Shown: piece by piece, positions 48,346 through 58,661 of the stretch
How the letters are laid out: the number at the start of each line of letters is the position of its first letter
Position numbering within the stretch: position 1 is the first letter of the stretch
Source of the DNA: Bacteroidota bacterium
GTDB lineage: Bacteria; Bacteroidota; Ignavibacteria; UBA10030
Length of the DNA stretch: 64,000 bases
Assembly: GCA_040901865.1 (NCBI GenBank)
Contig: JBBDYD010000194.1
Location: 2,761-66,760 of the forward strand
Direction of reading: 5' to 3'
Translations under genes and position numbers: made by a program
Notes under the pieces: model-generated
Database searches by the model: none
What the model was told of the DNA's origin: nothing
What the model saw: only the letters and a program-made list of their open reading frames with translations

Positions 48346-48394
48346 GTGTGCGTACGATGTCCCCGCTGCCCACGGAATCTCAGGCTAATACGTT

Positions 48395-49264
48395 ATGAAT
48401 ACAATAACTGTTGTCGGGGCCGGTACCATGGGAAATGGGATTGCCCACGTGTTCGCGCAGAATGGATTTTCCGTTGTCCTCTGCGATGTGAAGCCCGAAT
48501 TTGTCGACCGCGCCCTCAAGACCATCGACGCGAATCTTACGCGGCAAATCAAGAAGGGACTTCTGAAGGAAGAGCAGAAGCAGATGGTCCTTTCAAAGAT
48601 TCGCACGTCCGTCGATCTGGAATCTGCGTGCAAGGATGCCAACCTGGTTATTGAAGCAGCAACGGAAAATGACGTAGTGAAAAAGGATATTTTCAGAACG
48701 ATGGATCGGGCGTCGGGGCCGCAAACGATTCTCGCATCAAACACCTCATCGATTTCCATTACGGAAATCGCTGCTGTGACACGCAGACCCGGCAAGGTGA
48801 TCGGAATGCATTTCATGAACCCGGTCCCCGTCATGAAACTGGTCGAACTGATCCGTGGACTTGCAACAACTGATGAGACCTTCGCCGCGGTAAAAGCGCT
48901 GACGGAACAAATTGACAAAGTACCGGTCGAGGTCAATGATTATCCGGGGTTTGTTTCCAATCGTATTCTCTTGCCCATGCTCAACGAGGCGATGTATTGC
49001 GTCATGGAGGGCGTCGCAACGCCGGAAGCGATCGATACCGTGATGAAGCTGGGAATGAACCACCCCATGGGTCCGCTGACATTGGCGGATTTCATCGGCT
49101 TGGATGTATGTCTTTCCATCATGGAAGTTCTCCACAAAGGTCTTGGCGATGCGAAGTACCGGCCCTGTCCACTGCTCCGCAAAATGGTTGCCGCCGGTCA
49201 TCTCGGCCGCAAAACCGGAAAAGGGTTCTATGACTACCAGCCAGGCCCGGGGGTAAAAGGATGA
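48395..49264 (+). CDS. hbd: 3-hydroxybutyryl-CoA dehydrogenase
   Basis: [12 protein letters not shown] Rossmann motif, [13 protein letters not shown] and PGFVSNR. Confidence 0.95.
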   Translation: MNTITVVGAGTMGNGIAHVFAQNGFSVVLCDVKPEFVDRALKTIDANLTRQIKKGLLKEEQKQMVLSKIRTSVDLESACKDANLVIEAATENDVVKKDIFRTMDRASGPQTILASNTSSISITEIAAVTRRPGKVIGMHFMNPVPVMKLVELIRGLATTDETFAAVKALTEQIDKVPVEVNDYPGFVSNRILLPMLNEAMYCVMEGVATPEAIDTVMKLGMNHPMGPLTLADFIGLDVCLSIMEVLHKGLGDAKYRPCPLLRKMVAAGHLGRKTGKGFYDYQPGPGVKG

Positions 49265-50400
49265 ATTTCCATTTCACGGAAACGCAGTTGATGATCAAGG
49301 AAACCGCACGGCAATTTGCTGAGGAGGTCCTCGCGCCGTCGGCTGATGAACGGGACGAGCGGGAAGAATTCCCTCGTGAGGCGGTCGCGAAAATGGGCGA
49401 GCTGGGTTTTATGGGGATGATGGTCTCGGAACAGTATGAAGGGGCGGGTCTTGACACGATTTCCTATATCCTGGCGATGGAGGAAATCTCGAAGGTGGAT
49501 GCTTCGGCCGGTGTCATCATGTCGGTCAACAACTCCCTCGTGTCCTGGGGGATCGAAACGTATGGCAATGAGGGACAAAAGCAGAAATATCTGAAGGACC
49601 TTGCGACAGGAAGAAAACTTGGCGCCTTTGCCTTGTCGGAGCCTGAAGCAGGAAGTGATGCGACCAATCAGCGCACATCTGCAACGAAGGAGGGGGCTCA
49701 CTATGTTCTCAACGGAACCAAAAACTTCATCACAAACGGTGCAAATGCTGATATTGTTCTCGTGATGGCCGCGACCGATCGCACGAAAAGTACACACGGG
49801 ATCAGCGCGTTTATTGTGGAAAAGGGGACTCCGGGATTCTCTGTGGCGAAAAAGGAAAGAAAGCTCGGCATACGAAGCTCCGATACGGTTTCACTGACCT
49901 TCGAGGATTGCCGTATTCCAAAGGAGAACATTATCAAGGAAGAGGGCTTTGGGATGAAGTTCGCTCTTCGTACTCTGGATGGGGGTCGCATCGGCATTGC
50001 ATCGCAGGCCCTGGGAATTGCGCAGGGTTCACTGGAGGCCTCGCTTCGGTACAGCAAGGAACGCAAAGCATTCGATCATCCCATTGCGGACTTCCAGGCA
50101 ATTCAGTTCAAAATTGCTGACATGGCCACAAACATCGAAGCGGCACGAATGCTGACTCTGCTGGCAGGCTCCCTGAAGGACCGCGGTGTGAACTACGGCC
50201 CCGCCGCCGCAATGGCAAAACTCTACGCTTCAAAAGTTGCCGTGAGCGCTTCCCTCGAAGCCATTCAAATCCACGGCGGCTACGGTTACATCCGTGAGTA
50301 CAAAGTCGAGCGGTTTCTCAGGGATTCGAAGATCACTGAGATCTATGAAGGAACATCGGAGATAATGAAAGTCGTTATTGCCCGGTCCCTCCTGCAATAA
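49261..50400 (+). CDS. Acyl-CoA dehydrogenase (short-chain/butyryl type)
   Basis: 379 aa; [21 protein letters not shown] and IYEGTSEI. Confidence 0.95.
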   Translation: MNFHFTETQLMIKETARQFAEEVLAPSADERDEREEFPREAVAKMGELGFMGMMVSEQYEGAGLDTISYILAMEEISKVDASAGVIMSVNNSLVSWGIETYGNEGQKQKYLKDLATGRKLGAFALSEPEAGSDATNQRTSATKEGAHYVLNGTKNFITNGANADIVLVMAATDRTKSTHGISAFIVEKGTPGFSVAKKERKLGIRSSDTVSLTFEDCRIPKENIIKEEGFGMKFALRTLDGGRIGIASQALGIAQGSLEASLRYSKERKAFDHPIADFQAIQFKIADMATNIEAARMLTLLAGSLKDRGVNYGPAAAMAKLYASKVAVSASLEAIQIHGGYGYIREYKVERFLRDSKITEIYEGTSEIMKVVIARSLLQ

Positions 50401-50424
50401 CAATGCGCGGATTTTCTACTCAAG

Positions 50425-50447
50425 GCGATCATTCGATCGCTTTTTTT
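50425..50447 (+). terminator. Rho-independent terminator after the acyl-CoA cluster
   Basis: gcgatc-attc-gatcgc perfect 6-bp stem followed by a T7 run (50441-50447). Confidence 0.8.
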
Positions 50448-50598
50448 GTTTGGTGCGACCATACCAGGGGAATTCACCGCGAACTCCCTTCGATTTCTTT
50501 GCGTCTCTGTGCAATGTCCAATGGAATGAAGCGTGGCGTCAACCGGTAATCGCTTACCTTGTTTTTCCATCGAAGTTTTAGTAACATTCATTCTTACT

Positions 50599-51585
50599 AT
50601 GAATATCATCAGAATTCTCCATTTATCTGCGGTTTTCTTCCTCGTAGGAACCGTTCAGGCTCAGGTCGCTGAGCCTGTCACGATGCTGTTTGCAGGAGAT
50701 CTCACATTGTCAGACAATGTCGAGCGGTTTGTCGGATCGAGGACGGGCTATGTGTTTGAGCGATGGAAGCCCGGCAGGGAAGCAGATATCTTCATGGTCA
50801 ATCTCGAACACCCTATAACAACAGCAACGGAAAAAGTCGAGAAGAAATTCAACTTCAAAATGTCGCCGGAGTATGGTGCAATCCTGCTCGATGCGGGGGT
50901 GACCCTGGTGAACAGTGCCAATAACCATGTGTTTGACTACGGATTGAAGGGGATCGAAGACACCATGCGGTATCTTGACTCATTAGGTGTTCCGTACACC
51001 GGGATTGGCAGAACGCTCGAAGAAGCCCGCCGGCCGGTCATCATCGAGAAAAAAGGCCGGAAGATCGGTTTCTTGGGATACTATGGAGGCGGAGACTTCT
51101 CTGCCTCACGTGAGAGGGCCGGTTTTGCGCCGCGCTATGCCCGGTATATCCTCGAAGACGTAAGAAGACTCAAGCGGCGCGTGGACTACGTTGTTGTAAA
51201 TTTTCATTGGGGTGTCGAGCGTGCAGCGCTGCCCGATGACTGGCAGGTAACCCTCGCCAAACGTGTTGTGGATGCCGGGGCGGACCTGATCGTTGGTCAC
51301 CATCCTCATGTACTTCAGGGCATCGAACGATACAAGGGCGCCGTCATTGCCTATTCGCTCGGCAACTTCGTGTTTGGCGGAAACAGCCTGCATTCATACG
51401 AAACCGCCGTGCTGAAGGTGTCCCTTTCCGCCACGAGTGCAGATGTGGAGTTGATTCCGGTGAGCGTCAAACGATGGCAACCGCAGCCTTCAACCGGTGA
51501 AGTAAGAAAATCAGTCCTGAACCTCGTCCGCGAGCGTTCGTCTCTTTTTCCCGAAAACCTCTTTCTTACAGGAGTTGTCGAATGA
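50599..51585 (+). CDS. CapA-family (metallophosphatase-like) protein, copy 1
   Basis: Signal peptide, then FAGDLTL, NLEHPIT, NNHVFDYG, NFHWG and GHHPHVLQG. The start is set to the ATG at 50599. Confidence 0.85.
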   Translation: MNIIRILHLSAVFFLVGTVQAQVAEPVTMLFAGDLTLSDNVERFVGSRTGYVFERWKPGREADIFMVNLEHPITTATEKVEKKFNFKMSPEYGAILLDAGVTLVNSANNHVFDYGLKGIEDTMRYLDSLGVPYTGIGRTLEEARRPVIIEKKGRKIGFLGYYGGGDFSASRERAGFAPRYARYILEDVRRLKRRVDYVVVNFHWGVERAALPDDWQVTLAKRVVDAGADLIVGHHPHVLQGIERYKGAVIAYSLGNFVFGGNSLHSYETAVLKVSLSATSADVELIPVSVKRWQPQPSTGEVRKSVLNLVRERSSLFPENLFLTGVVE

Positions 51586-52187
51586 ACAAAAAACTCTCGG
51601 TTGGCATACTGATTCTTATCGGGGTTCTCCTTGTCGGGTCCCTGCTCCTGGTATGGGGAGTATCGACCTACAACAGGATAATTACTCTGGATGAGCAGGT
51701 GAAAGCGGGCTGGAGCCTGGTAGAGAGTCAATATCAACGCCGGTATGACCTCATCCCTAATCTTGTTGAGACCGTCAAGGGTTTTGCAAAACAGGAACGC
51801 GAGGTCCTGGAGAATGTAACGAATGCACGCGCCCGCGTCGGTCAACTCAACGTTACGCCCGAAGTTCTGAACGACCCCCAGGCGTTTGCGAGGTTCCAGC
51901 AGGCACAAGACGGACTCAGTTCGGCGCTGTCACGACTTCTCGTCATCACCGAGAACTATCCGATCTTGAAGTCGAACGAGAATTTTCTCCAGCTCCAATC
52001 GCAGCTCGAAGGAACCGAGAACCGGATCACGGTTGCCCGGAATCGCTTCAATGAAACGGTTCAGGCTTTCAACACCACAATTCGAAGATTTCCAGGATCA
52101 ATGGTCGCGTCGTTCTCCGGCTTCCAAGAAGCACAGTATTTTCAGGCACAAAGCGGAGCCGAGCTGGCGCCGCAAGTCAAGTTCTGA
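51582..52187 (+). CDS. LemA family protein
   Basis: N-terminal TM helix plus SQYQRRYDLIPNLVETVKG...ENRI..AR..FN, the LemA signature. Confidence 0.9.
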   Translation: MNKKLSVGILILIGVLLVGSLLLVWGVSTYNRIITLDEQVKAGWSLVESQYQRRYDLIPNLVETVKGFAKQEREVLENVTNARARVGQLNVTPEVLNDPQAFARFQQAQDGLSSALSRLLVITENYPILKSNENFLQLQSQLEGTENRITVARNRFNETVQAFNTTIRRFPGSMVASFSGFQEAQYFQAQSGAELAPQVKF

Positions 52188-52201
52188 GTCAGGGACTGCC
52201 C

Positions 52202-53242
52202 ATGCTTATTCTCATGCGTCAATCGGTCACACGGGATGAAATCGAAGGAGTCAAGGCAAAGGTGCACTCCCTCGGATTTACTGCTCATGAAATTCCAGGA
52301 GCCCAGCGTGTGGCCATCGGTGTCACGGGCAACAAAGGCCGGGTGAGCCCTGACCACTTCCTTAGCCTTCCGGGCGTCACAGATGCCATTCCTGTTTCCA
52401 AACCTTTCAAGCTCGTCAGCAGGGAAGTGAAGTCCGAGGATACTGTTATCCCGGTCGGACGCGACACGATCGGAGGCCGTGAGCTCACGATTATCGCGGG
52501 TCCGTGCTCCGTTGAAAGCAGAACCCAGATTCTCGATGTGGCTTGGCAACTGAAGGAAATGGGGGTAAAGTTTCTGCGCGGTGGTGCGTTCAAGCCGCGG
52601 TCGTCCCCTTATTCCTTCCAGGGACTCAAATCAGAAGGTCTCGAGTATCTCAGAGAAGCTGCCGACCAGACAGGCTTGCATACCGTCACAGAAGTCAAGG
52701 ACACGGAAAATCTCGCCGAAGTCGTCGCAGCGTCAGACGTGATCCAAGTCGGGGCACGGAACATGTACAACTTCTCACTTCTTGAAAAACTGGGTGAAAT
52801 CCGAAAGCCCGTTCTCTTGAAGCGGGGTTTCTCTGCTACGATTGAGGAACTTCTCATGTCGGCTGAATACATCGCTTCAAAGGGCAACTATCACATCATC
52901 CTGTGCGAACGGGGGATCCGGACATTTGAAACCTACACGCGGAATACTCTTGATCTGAACGCAGTGCCGGTCGTGAAAAAGCTTTCGCATCTTCCCATCA
53001 TTGTCGATCCAAGTCACGGCACCGGTGCCTGGGATCTGGTCATTCCTATGGCCCAGGCGGCAGTGGTTGCCGGCGCGGATGGACTCATCATCGAGGTCCA
53101 TCCCAATCCGGATTCCGCCCTCTCGGATGGCTTTCAATCGCTGCGCCCGGATAAGTTCAGAATACTTCTCGAGCGGCTGCGGGAGCTTGGAGCCGTTATT
53201 GGCCGTAGTTGTCCGGAAGAAGTGCGTGGCGTTATGCCGTGA
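52202..53242 (+). CDS. 3-deoxy-7-phosphoheptulonate (DAHP) synthase, type I-beta with N-terminal regulatory domain
   Basis: N-terminal ferredoxin-like domain of about 70 aa, then IAGPCSVES, FLRGGAFKPRSSPYSFQG, KRG, DPSHGTG. Confidence 0.93.
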   Translation: MLILMRQSVTRDEIEGVKAKVHSLGFTAHEIPGAQRVAIGVTGNKGRVSPDHFLSLPGVTDAIPVSKPFKLVSREVKSEDTVIPVGRDTIGGRELTIIAGPCSVESRTQILDVAWQLKEMGVKFLRGGAFKPRSSPYSFQGLKSEGLEYLREAADQTGLHTVTEVKDTENLAEVVAASDVIQVGARNMYNFSLLEKLGEIRKPVLLKRGFSATIEELLMSAEYIASKGNYHIILCERGIRTFETYTRNTLDLNAVPVVKKLSHLPIIVDPSHGTGAWDLVIPMAQAAVVAGADGLIIEVHPNPDSALSDGFQSLRPDKFRILLERLRELGAVIGRSCPEEVRGVMP

Positions 53243-55692
53243 AATCGCGCCGATCCTCACATAGAACCCCCCCGTCCAAAGAGCGGGCTATTGCTCCGCA
53301 GAGTGTTCGCGAAAACGTCTTCAGGGAAGTTTTTGACAATTCATCGGATGCCCTTGCTGTTATTGAGCCGAGGGGTCTCTTGATTGCCGCAAATTCCGCT
53401 GCGTGTCGAATCCTTGGATTCAAGATGACGGATGTCGGGAAAAAGGCAATTACCACTGCCCTCAAGGAGCCCGATGCACTCGCGTTGATACGAAAAGCCG
53501 CAAGGAACGGGAGGGGGGAGGTGCAGTGTGTCCTCAGGAACAAGCCCCGGGTGAGCATCCGGATCCGGCCGCGGAGCGTCGGTTCGCGATACGTCATCCT
53601 TTCCCTGACTCCTGATTCGACCACCCGTATCCAGAGGACATCAAAGGCGTCCTCCTTCCTGTCCCAATTCATAGCCGCCGACACACCCGACAGTGAGGGA
53701 TATTACCAGAGTATCGTCCAGCATTCTCCTTATGGAGTAGGCATCGTATTCGGCGGGAAACTGGTGATGGCTAATCCGATTTTTGCAAGGATCCTTGGAT
53801 ACCGCGCTTCGGAGGAACTCGAGGGGAAAGAGATTTCAGGGTTTATCGATTCCGCTTCAAGAAGGTTCTTTACACTCCTGTCGTCCCGGAAAGTCAAGGG
53901 AGAATCCGTCCCTGCGAGGTTTGAAACACAAATGTTGAGGGCGGACGGATCGTTGATTGACGTGGAGGCATCGTTTACCCTTGGATCCTATCGGGGCGAG
54001 CTCGCGCTCAACGTCACGATCAGCGACATCACTTTACGCAAGGAGCTCGAAAAACGGCTTACGGATTCCGAGCGCCTCTTCCGCAACGTGGTAAATTCCA
54101 TGGTGGATGCGCTGGTGGTCACGGATCTGGAGGGAAAGGTCCTCGATGTGAACGAGGAGTTTGAACGCCTTACAGGATTCTCCCGGCGCGAGGCATTGAA
54201 CGCGATGATTCCGTATCCCTGGATCGACGAAGAGGATCTTCGGATGTACATTTCCTGGCTGGATGGCCTCCGGGTAAAGAGCGAATCACGCGACTTTGAC
54301 CTGACGTGGGTGAGCAAAGGGGGCAAGAGGATCGCCGTAAGTCTCAACACGACCCTCCTGCATAATGCTTCAGGTGCTCCAATGCTGATGGTGAACATCG
54401 CGCGTGATATCTCCGAGCGGAAGGCAGCGCAGGAGGAATTGGGGCGGCAGCTCAATCGGCTTGAGGTGCTGTATGATCTTGGAAAGGCTCTGGGAGGAAC
54501 GCTGGATCCGGTTGAGATTGCACGCATCACGTTTGAACAGCTGAAAAAGGTTATTCCCACGGAAGCGTTTTATATCGACTTATACGATGAGCCCGCCCGA
54601 CAGGTGCGCTCGCTGATCGCCGTGGATATCATCAACGAGAAGCAATTGGAGTTGAAAGTACGTGATGACCGAATTCCACTCCATGAACGCATGGCCAATT
54701 GGCGCGTTGTTCAATCACGTCGACCCATTCTCGAATTACGGAAATCGATCCCTGCCAGGCCACCCGTGGTTCCCTTTGGAGATGAAGGCCGGGCGTCTGC
54801 CTCATTGATGTATGCACCGATGTTTTCAAAAGACCGGATTATCGGAATTATTTCCGCCCAGTCCTATGACATCTCGGCGTACACCGATGATCATCTCACG
54901 CTTCTCGAGAACATCGCGAACCTTGCGGCCATCGCCATTGAAAAAGCCAATTTGCACCAGGAAGCGCTTGAGAAGTCGCGGGAGGTTGAGGCCCGCAACA
55001 AGGAACTCGATGACTTCACGTATGTGGTGTCTCACGATCTGAAGGAGCCGCTCATTAGCGTCGAGGGTTACGCCAAGATCATCAAAGAGGAATATTCCGG
55101 TCGTTTCGATCCGGCTGCGAAGGAATATTTGAAGTCAATTCTCGATTCCTGCGGACACATGAAGGGGTTGATCGAAGATCTGCTCCAGTTATCACGGGTT
55201 GGTAAACTGGCTGAGCAAAAGCAGCGGCTGAATCTCCACGAAGTGATCAAAGATGTTCTTGAAGAACTGCAGTTTACGATTCGCGAGCGAAAAGCGGAAA
55301 TCAGTGTCGACGGCGAACTTCCCGAGGTTTTTGGGGTTGACCAACATCTCAAAATTGTTTTCAGAAACCTCTTGTCAAACGGAATCAAATTCTGCGACAA
55401 GCTGGTTCCGCAAATCAGGATAACAGCTGCCATAAAGGGAAATATTGTTGAAATTGCAGTCAAGGATAACGGAATCGGCATTCCTGAGGAGTTTCACGAA
55501 AAGATTTTCATGATTTTTCAGAGGCTCCACAAGAAGGAAGAGTACGAAGGAACCGGGGCAGGTCTTACGATCGTTCGAAAGATCATCGAAGCGCACGGGG
55601 GCACCATTCGCCTCTCCTCAGTTCCGGGAACCGGGACGACATTTTTCTTCACATTACCATTTGCCGACAAGAAAGAACCCGCCCGTGCATAG
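53209..55692 (+). CDS. Sensor histidine kinase (PAS-PAS-PAS-GAF-HisKA-HATPase)
   Basis: Several PAS-like segments, a GAF-like region, the H-box FTYVVSHDLKEPL, and N/G boxes (NLLSNGIKF, DNGIGIP, GTGAGLTIV). The true start is uncertain, because the tracked ORF overlaps the DAHP synthase end. Confidence 0.9.
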   Translation: MSGRSAWRYAVKSRRSSHRTPPSKERAIAPQSVRENVFREVFDNSSDALAVIEPRGLLIAANSAACRILGFKMTDVGKKAITTALKEPDALALIRKAARNGRGEVQCVLRNKPRVSIRIRPRSVGSRYVILSLTPDSTTRIQRTSKASSFLSQFIAADTPDSEGYYQSIVQHSPYGVGIVFGGKLVMANPIFARILGYRASEELEGKEISGFIDSASRRFFTLLSSRKVKGESVPARFETQMLRADGSLIDVEASFTLGSYRGELALNVTISDITLRKELEKRLTDSERLFRNVVNSMVDALVVTDLEGKVLDVNEEFERLTGFSRREALNAMIPYPWIDEEDLRMYISWLDGLRVKSESRDFDLTWVSKGGKRIAVSLNTTLLHNASGAPMLMVNIARDISERKAAQEELGRQLNRLEVLYDLGKALGGTLDPVEIARITFEQLKKVIPTEAFYIDLYDEPARQVRSLIAVDIINEKQLELKVRDDRIPLHERMANWRVVQSRRPILELRKSIPARPPVVPFGDEGRASASLMYAPMFSKDRIIGIISAQSYDISAYTDDHLTLLENIANLAAIAIEKANLHQEALEKSREVEARNKELDDFTYVVSHDLKEPLISVEGYAKIIKEEYSGRFDPAAKEYLKSILDSCGHMKGLIEDLLQLSRVGKLAEQKQRLNLHEVIKDVLEELQFTIRERKAEISVDGELPEVFGVDQHLKIVFRNLLSNGIKFCDKLVPQIRITAAIKGNIVEIAVKDNGIGIPEEFHEKIFMIFQRLHKKEEYEGTGAGLTIVRKIIEAHGGTIRLSSVPGTGTTFFFTLPFADKKEPARA

Positions 55693-56122
55693 CCCGTCTC
55701 CCCTCCGTATCCTTCTGATCGAGGACAACACCGACCACGCGAAGATCCTTAAGTGGGCATTTGAGCAGACGAATCATGCCACCCATCTGACGTTCTTCCA
55801 GGATGCGGATTCTGCCCTTAGTCATCTCGGCGGAAACGGAAAGGAGCCAACGGTGTTTCCGGATTTGATTTTCCTGGATTATAATCTCCCGGGGATCGGC
55901 GGACGGGAAGCCCTGATACGGCTGAAGGCCAATAAGCATTCAAAAGACGTCCCAGTCATTGTGCTGAGTTCTTCAGAGCGGGATGAAGATGTCCGACACG
56001 CGTATGAGTTTGGTGCAAGTACGTACATTAGCAAAGCGGTGATTCTCGATGAATTGAGAAATTCCCTTCAGGTCGTGCTGGACTATTGGTCGCGGATGGC
56101 AAAACTTCCGAGGAGGAGTTGA
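55661..56122 (+). CDS. Single-domain response regulator
   Basis: ILLIEDN, LIFLDYNLPG and STYISKA. The start could be the GTG at about 55685. Confidence 0.88.
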   Translation: MPTRKNPPVHSPSPLRILLIEDNTDHAKILKWAFEQTNHATHLTFFQDADSALSHLGGNGKEPTVFPDLIFLDYNLPGIGGREALIRLKANKHSKDVPVIVLSSSERDEDVRHAYEFGASTYISKAVILDELRNSLQVVLDYWSRMAKLPRRS

Positions 56123-56123
56123 A

Positions 56124-56804
56124 ATGGAACAAGAGAAACCCGTCAAGATCCTTCTTATAGAAGATAACGCCGATTTTGCGAAACTGGTGAAATTGTATCT
56201 TGCGAAATATGGCGAGACCCGGTTTGAAGTCGAATGGCGTGAAAATGGGAGGGAAGGTATCGAGCAAGCCGTCTCCTCCGGAGCATCCTATGACGTTATC
56301 CTTATGGATTATTTCCTTCCGGGATTGAACGGGTTGGAGGTGACGAGAAGCCTTCATGAAAAGGACGTGACGACCCCCGTCATTTTCCTTACGGTGAACA
56401 AGGACGTCAATCTTGCCGTTGAGGTGATGAAACTCGGTGTCGAGGATTATCTTGTCAAAGAGGAAGTATCCACTCCGATCCTTCCAAAAACCATCCTCAG
56501 CGTTGTGGAAAAAAGGAAGTTGCAGCGGGAGATGGAGAAACTGGAGATACGGAAGAAGCGGATCGAAGCCATGCAGGAACTGATCGTTGGGATCACGCAC
56601 GAGGTCGGCGCACCGCTCGATGGGATGAAACACATCATCGAAGAGCTGCTCCGAGGAGGTGGACACGAAAAGACCGGGAAGTATCTTTCCATTATCAAGG
56701 AAAATATCGATCGCATTCAGCTGAAGGTGGAAAAGCTGAACAATCTCAAAGAAGACAAAACGGTACAGTATATTAAAGACATTCGGATGATCGATCTCTC
56801 ATGA
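56124..56804 (+). CDS. Receiver domain fused to a HisKA/DHp-like domain (no ATPase domain)
   Basis: REC (ILLIEDN, VILMDYFLPGLNG, DYLVKE), a coiled-coil linker, then ELIVGITHEVGAPLDGM (H-box-like) and a second helix. The protein ends after about 226 aa without N/G1/G2 boxes. Confidence 0.8.
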   Translation: MEQEKPVKILLIEDNADFAKLVKLYLAKYGETRFEVEWRENGREGIEQAVSSGASYDVILMDYFLPGLNGLEVTRSLHEKDVTTPVIFLTVNKDVNLAVEVMKLGVEDYLVKEEVSTPILPKTILSVVEKRKLQREMEKLEIRKKRIEAMQELIVGITHEVGAPLDGMKHIIEELLRGGGHEKTGKYLSIIKENIDRIQLKVEKLNNLKEDKTVQYIKDIRMIDLS

Positions 56805-57658
56805 TGAAGTTCAGAGCCGCCATAGCCCAGGTTGACGCAGCGGTCGGGGATATGAAACGCAACATTGACCATCATCTGAAGGTCATTGACCGTTGTATTC
56901 GCGAAGGAGCACGTTTAGTTGTGTTCCCCGAGTTGAGCCTGACCGGCTATACGCTTCGGGATCTTGCGTATGAAGTCGCTCTGGACCCGATACGCGATCG
57001 ATTGCTCGAACCGCTGAGAAAACGAAGCAAGCGCATCTCGATTGTTGCAGGACTGGTGGAAAGCGGGAGTGACCATGGGATCTATAATTCCGCTGTGTGC
57101 TTTGAGGACGGCGAAGTGCGACACATTCATCGCAAAATCTATCTCCCCACGTACGGAATGTTTGAAGAAGGCCGCTATTTCGGGCAGGGGACATCCGTGT
57201 CAGCATTTGATTCGCGGCTGGGACGCCTCGGGATGTTGGTCTGCGAGGACTTTTGGCATCTTTCCCTCCCGTACCTGCTTGCACGAGACGGGGCAGAAGT
57301 TCTGCTAAGCCTTACGGCAAGCCCCACTCGCATGGCCGGAGCTCCGGATGACCTTACGAATGCTCGCGTGAACCACGAACACCACGCGACCTATGCACGG
57401 CTGCTGAGTTCCTATGTCTTGTTCAGCAATAGAGTCGGTTTTGAAGACGGTGTGAGCTTCTGGGGAGGATCAGCGGTGTTTGATCCTTCAGGAGAAAAAA
57501 CCGTCAAAGCAAAATACTTTGAAGAAGATTTGCTCGTTGCAGAGATAACCTCGGAAGAGGTTCAAAGAGCCCGCCGACTTTCGCGTCATGCCCTTGATGA
57601 AGATCCGCAACTCGTGCTCGACACCCTCCGTCGGTTAAAACGCCGTAACAATCCGTAA
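56801..57658 (+). CDS. Carbon-nitrogen hydrolase (nitrilase superfamily)
   Basis: VVFPELSLTGY (catalytic Glu), HRKIYLP (Lys) and MLVCEDFWH (Cys). Confidence 0.88.
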   Translation: MMKFRAAIAQVDAAVGDMKRNIDHHLKVIDRCIREGARLVVFPELSLTGYTLRDLAYEVALDPIRDRLLEPLRKRSKRISIVAGLVESGSDHGIYNSAVCFEDGEVRHIHRKIYLPTYGMFEEGRYFGQGTSVSAFDSRLGRLGMLVCEDFWHLSLPYLLARDGAEVLLSLTASPTRMAGAPDDLTNARVNHEHHATYARLLSSYVLFSNRVGFEDGVSFWGGSAVFDPSGEKTVKAKYFEEDLLVAEITSEEVQRARRLSRHALDEDPQLVLDTLRRLKRRNNP

Positions 57659-57791
57659 CGTTTGCTCAAAAGCCATTCCTTTTACGCCGTCTCCGTTGCA
57701 ACACGGATCGCAACCTGATTGAAAGTCGTGGGGAATTTTCGTACATTACTTGACTTTATAGACGAAATCTGAACCGGATGTAGAGGAATCG

Positions 57792-58640
57792 ATGAGCGGA
57801 ATGAAAACAGCAGTCCTGATGGCCTTGATGATGGGCCTGTTTCTTTTTGTCGGGCAGATGCTTGCCGGTGAAAACGGATTGCTCATGGCCTTCTTCTTTT
57901 CCCTGGTCATGAATGCAGTGATGTACTGGTTTTCTGACAAACTTGTACTTTTGGGCTACAGGGCGCGAGAGGTCTCGGAAGCTGATGCTCCTCGGTTTGT
58001 GACGATTGTCCGTAGGCTCTCCACACAGGCCGGACTCCCGATGCCGAAGGTCTATGTTATCCCGAGCGCCAACCCCAATGCCTTTGCTACTGGGAGAAAC
58101 CCACAACACGCTGCCGTTGCGGCGACAGAAGGACTCCTGACGATGCTCAAGGATGACGAGCTCGAAGGGGTTATTGCTCATGAACTCGCTCATATCCGCA
58201 ACCGTGATATTCTTATCTCGACCGTCGTTGCCACGATGGCTGGAACGATAACATTGGTGGCCCGCATGGCAATGTATGCCTCTCTTGCAGGGGGAAGGGA
58301 CCGTGAAGGTCATTCGAATCCAGTCGGTGACATCCTTCTGCTTATTCTTGCCCCAATTGCAGCCATGTTGATCCAGTTTGCGGTATCCCGTTCCCGTGAA
58401 TTTCTGGCGGATGAGGGTGGAGCACAAATCAGCGGGAAACCTCATGGGCTTGCCGGCGCTCTTCGGAAGTTGCATGCCGCGGCGGAGCAGATTCCGCTCA
58501 TCGGAGCCAAACCGAACACGGCCCACCTTTTTATTGTGAATCCGTTGAGTGCGGGCGGTATGATGCGCCTTTTTTCAACTCATCCACCAGTTGAAGAACG
58601 AATCGCCCGCCTGGAACAGATGGCAGGCAGACTGTCCTAA
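57792..58640 (+). CDS. htpX: Zinc metalloprotease HtpX (M48)
   Basis: TM helices, NAFATG, the HELAHIRNRD HExxH motif and FSTHPPVEERI. Confidence 0.95.
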   Translation: MSGMKTAVLMALMMGLFLFVGQMLAGENGLLMAFFFSLVMNAVMYWFSDKLVLLGYRAREVSEADAPRFVTIVRRLSTQAGLPMPKVYVIPSANPNAFATGRNPQHAAVAATEGLLTMLKDDELEGVIAHELAHIRNRDILISTVVATMAGTITLVARMAMYASLAGGRDREGHSNPVGDILLLILAPIAAMLIQFAVSRSREFLADEGGAQISGKPHGLAGALRKLHAAAEQIPLIGAKPNTAHLFIVNPLSAGGMMRLFSTHPPVEERIARLEQMAGRLS

Positions 58641-58661
58641 ATTTCTAGTTTCTACAGGAGC

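Noticed and set aside
57659-57791. Sigma-32-type heat-shock promoter upstream of htpX (attgaaag...cgtacatt).
   Set aside because: The -10-like element does not match the CCCCATNT consensus. It is too weak to call.
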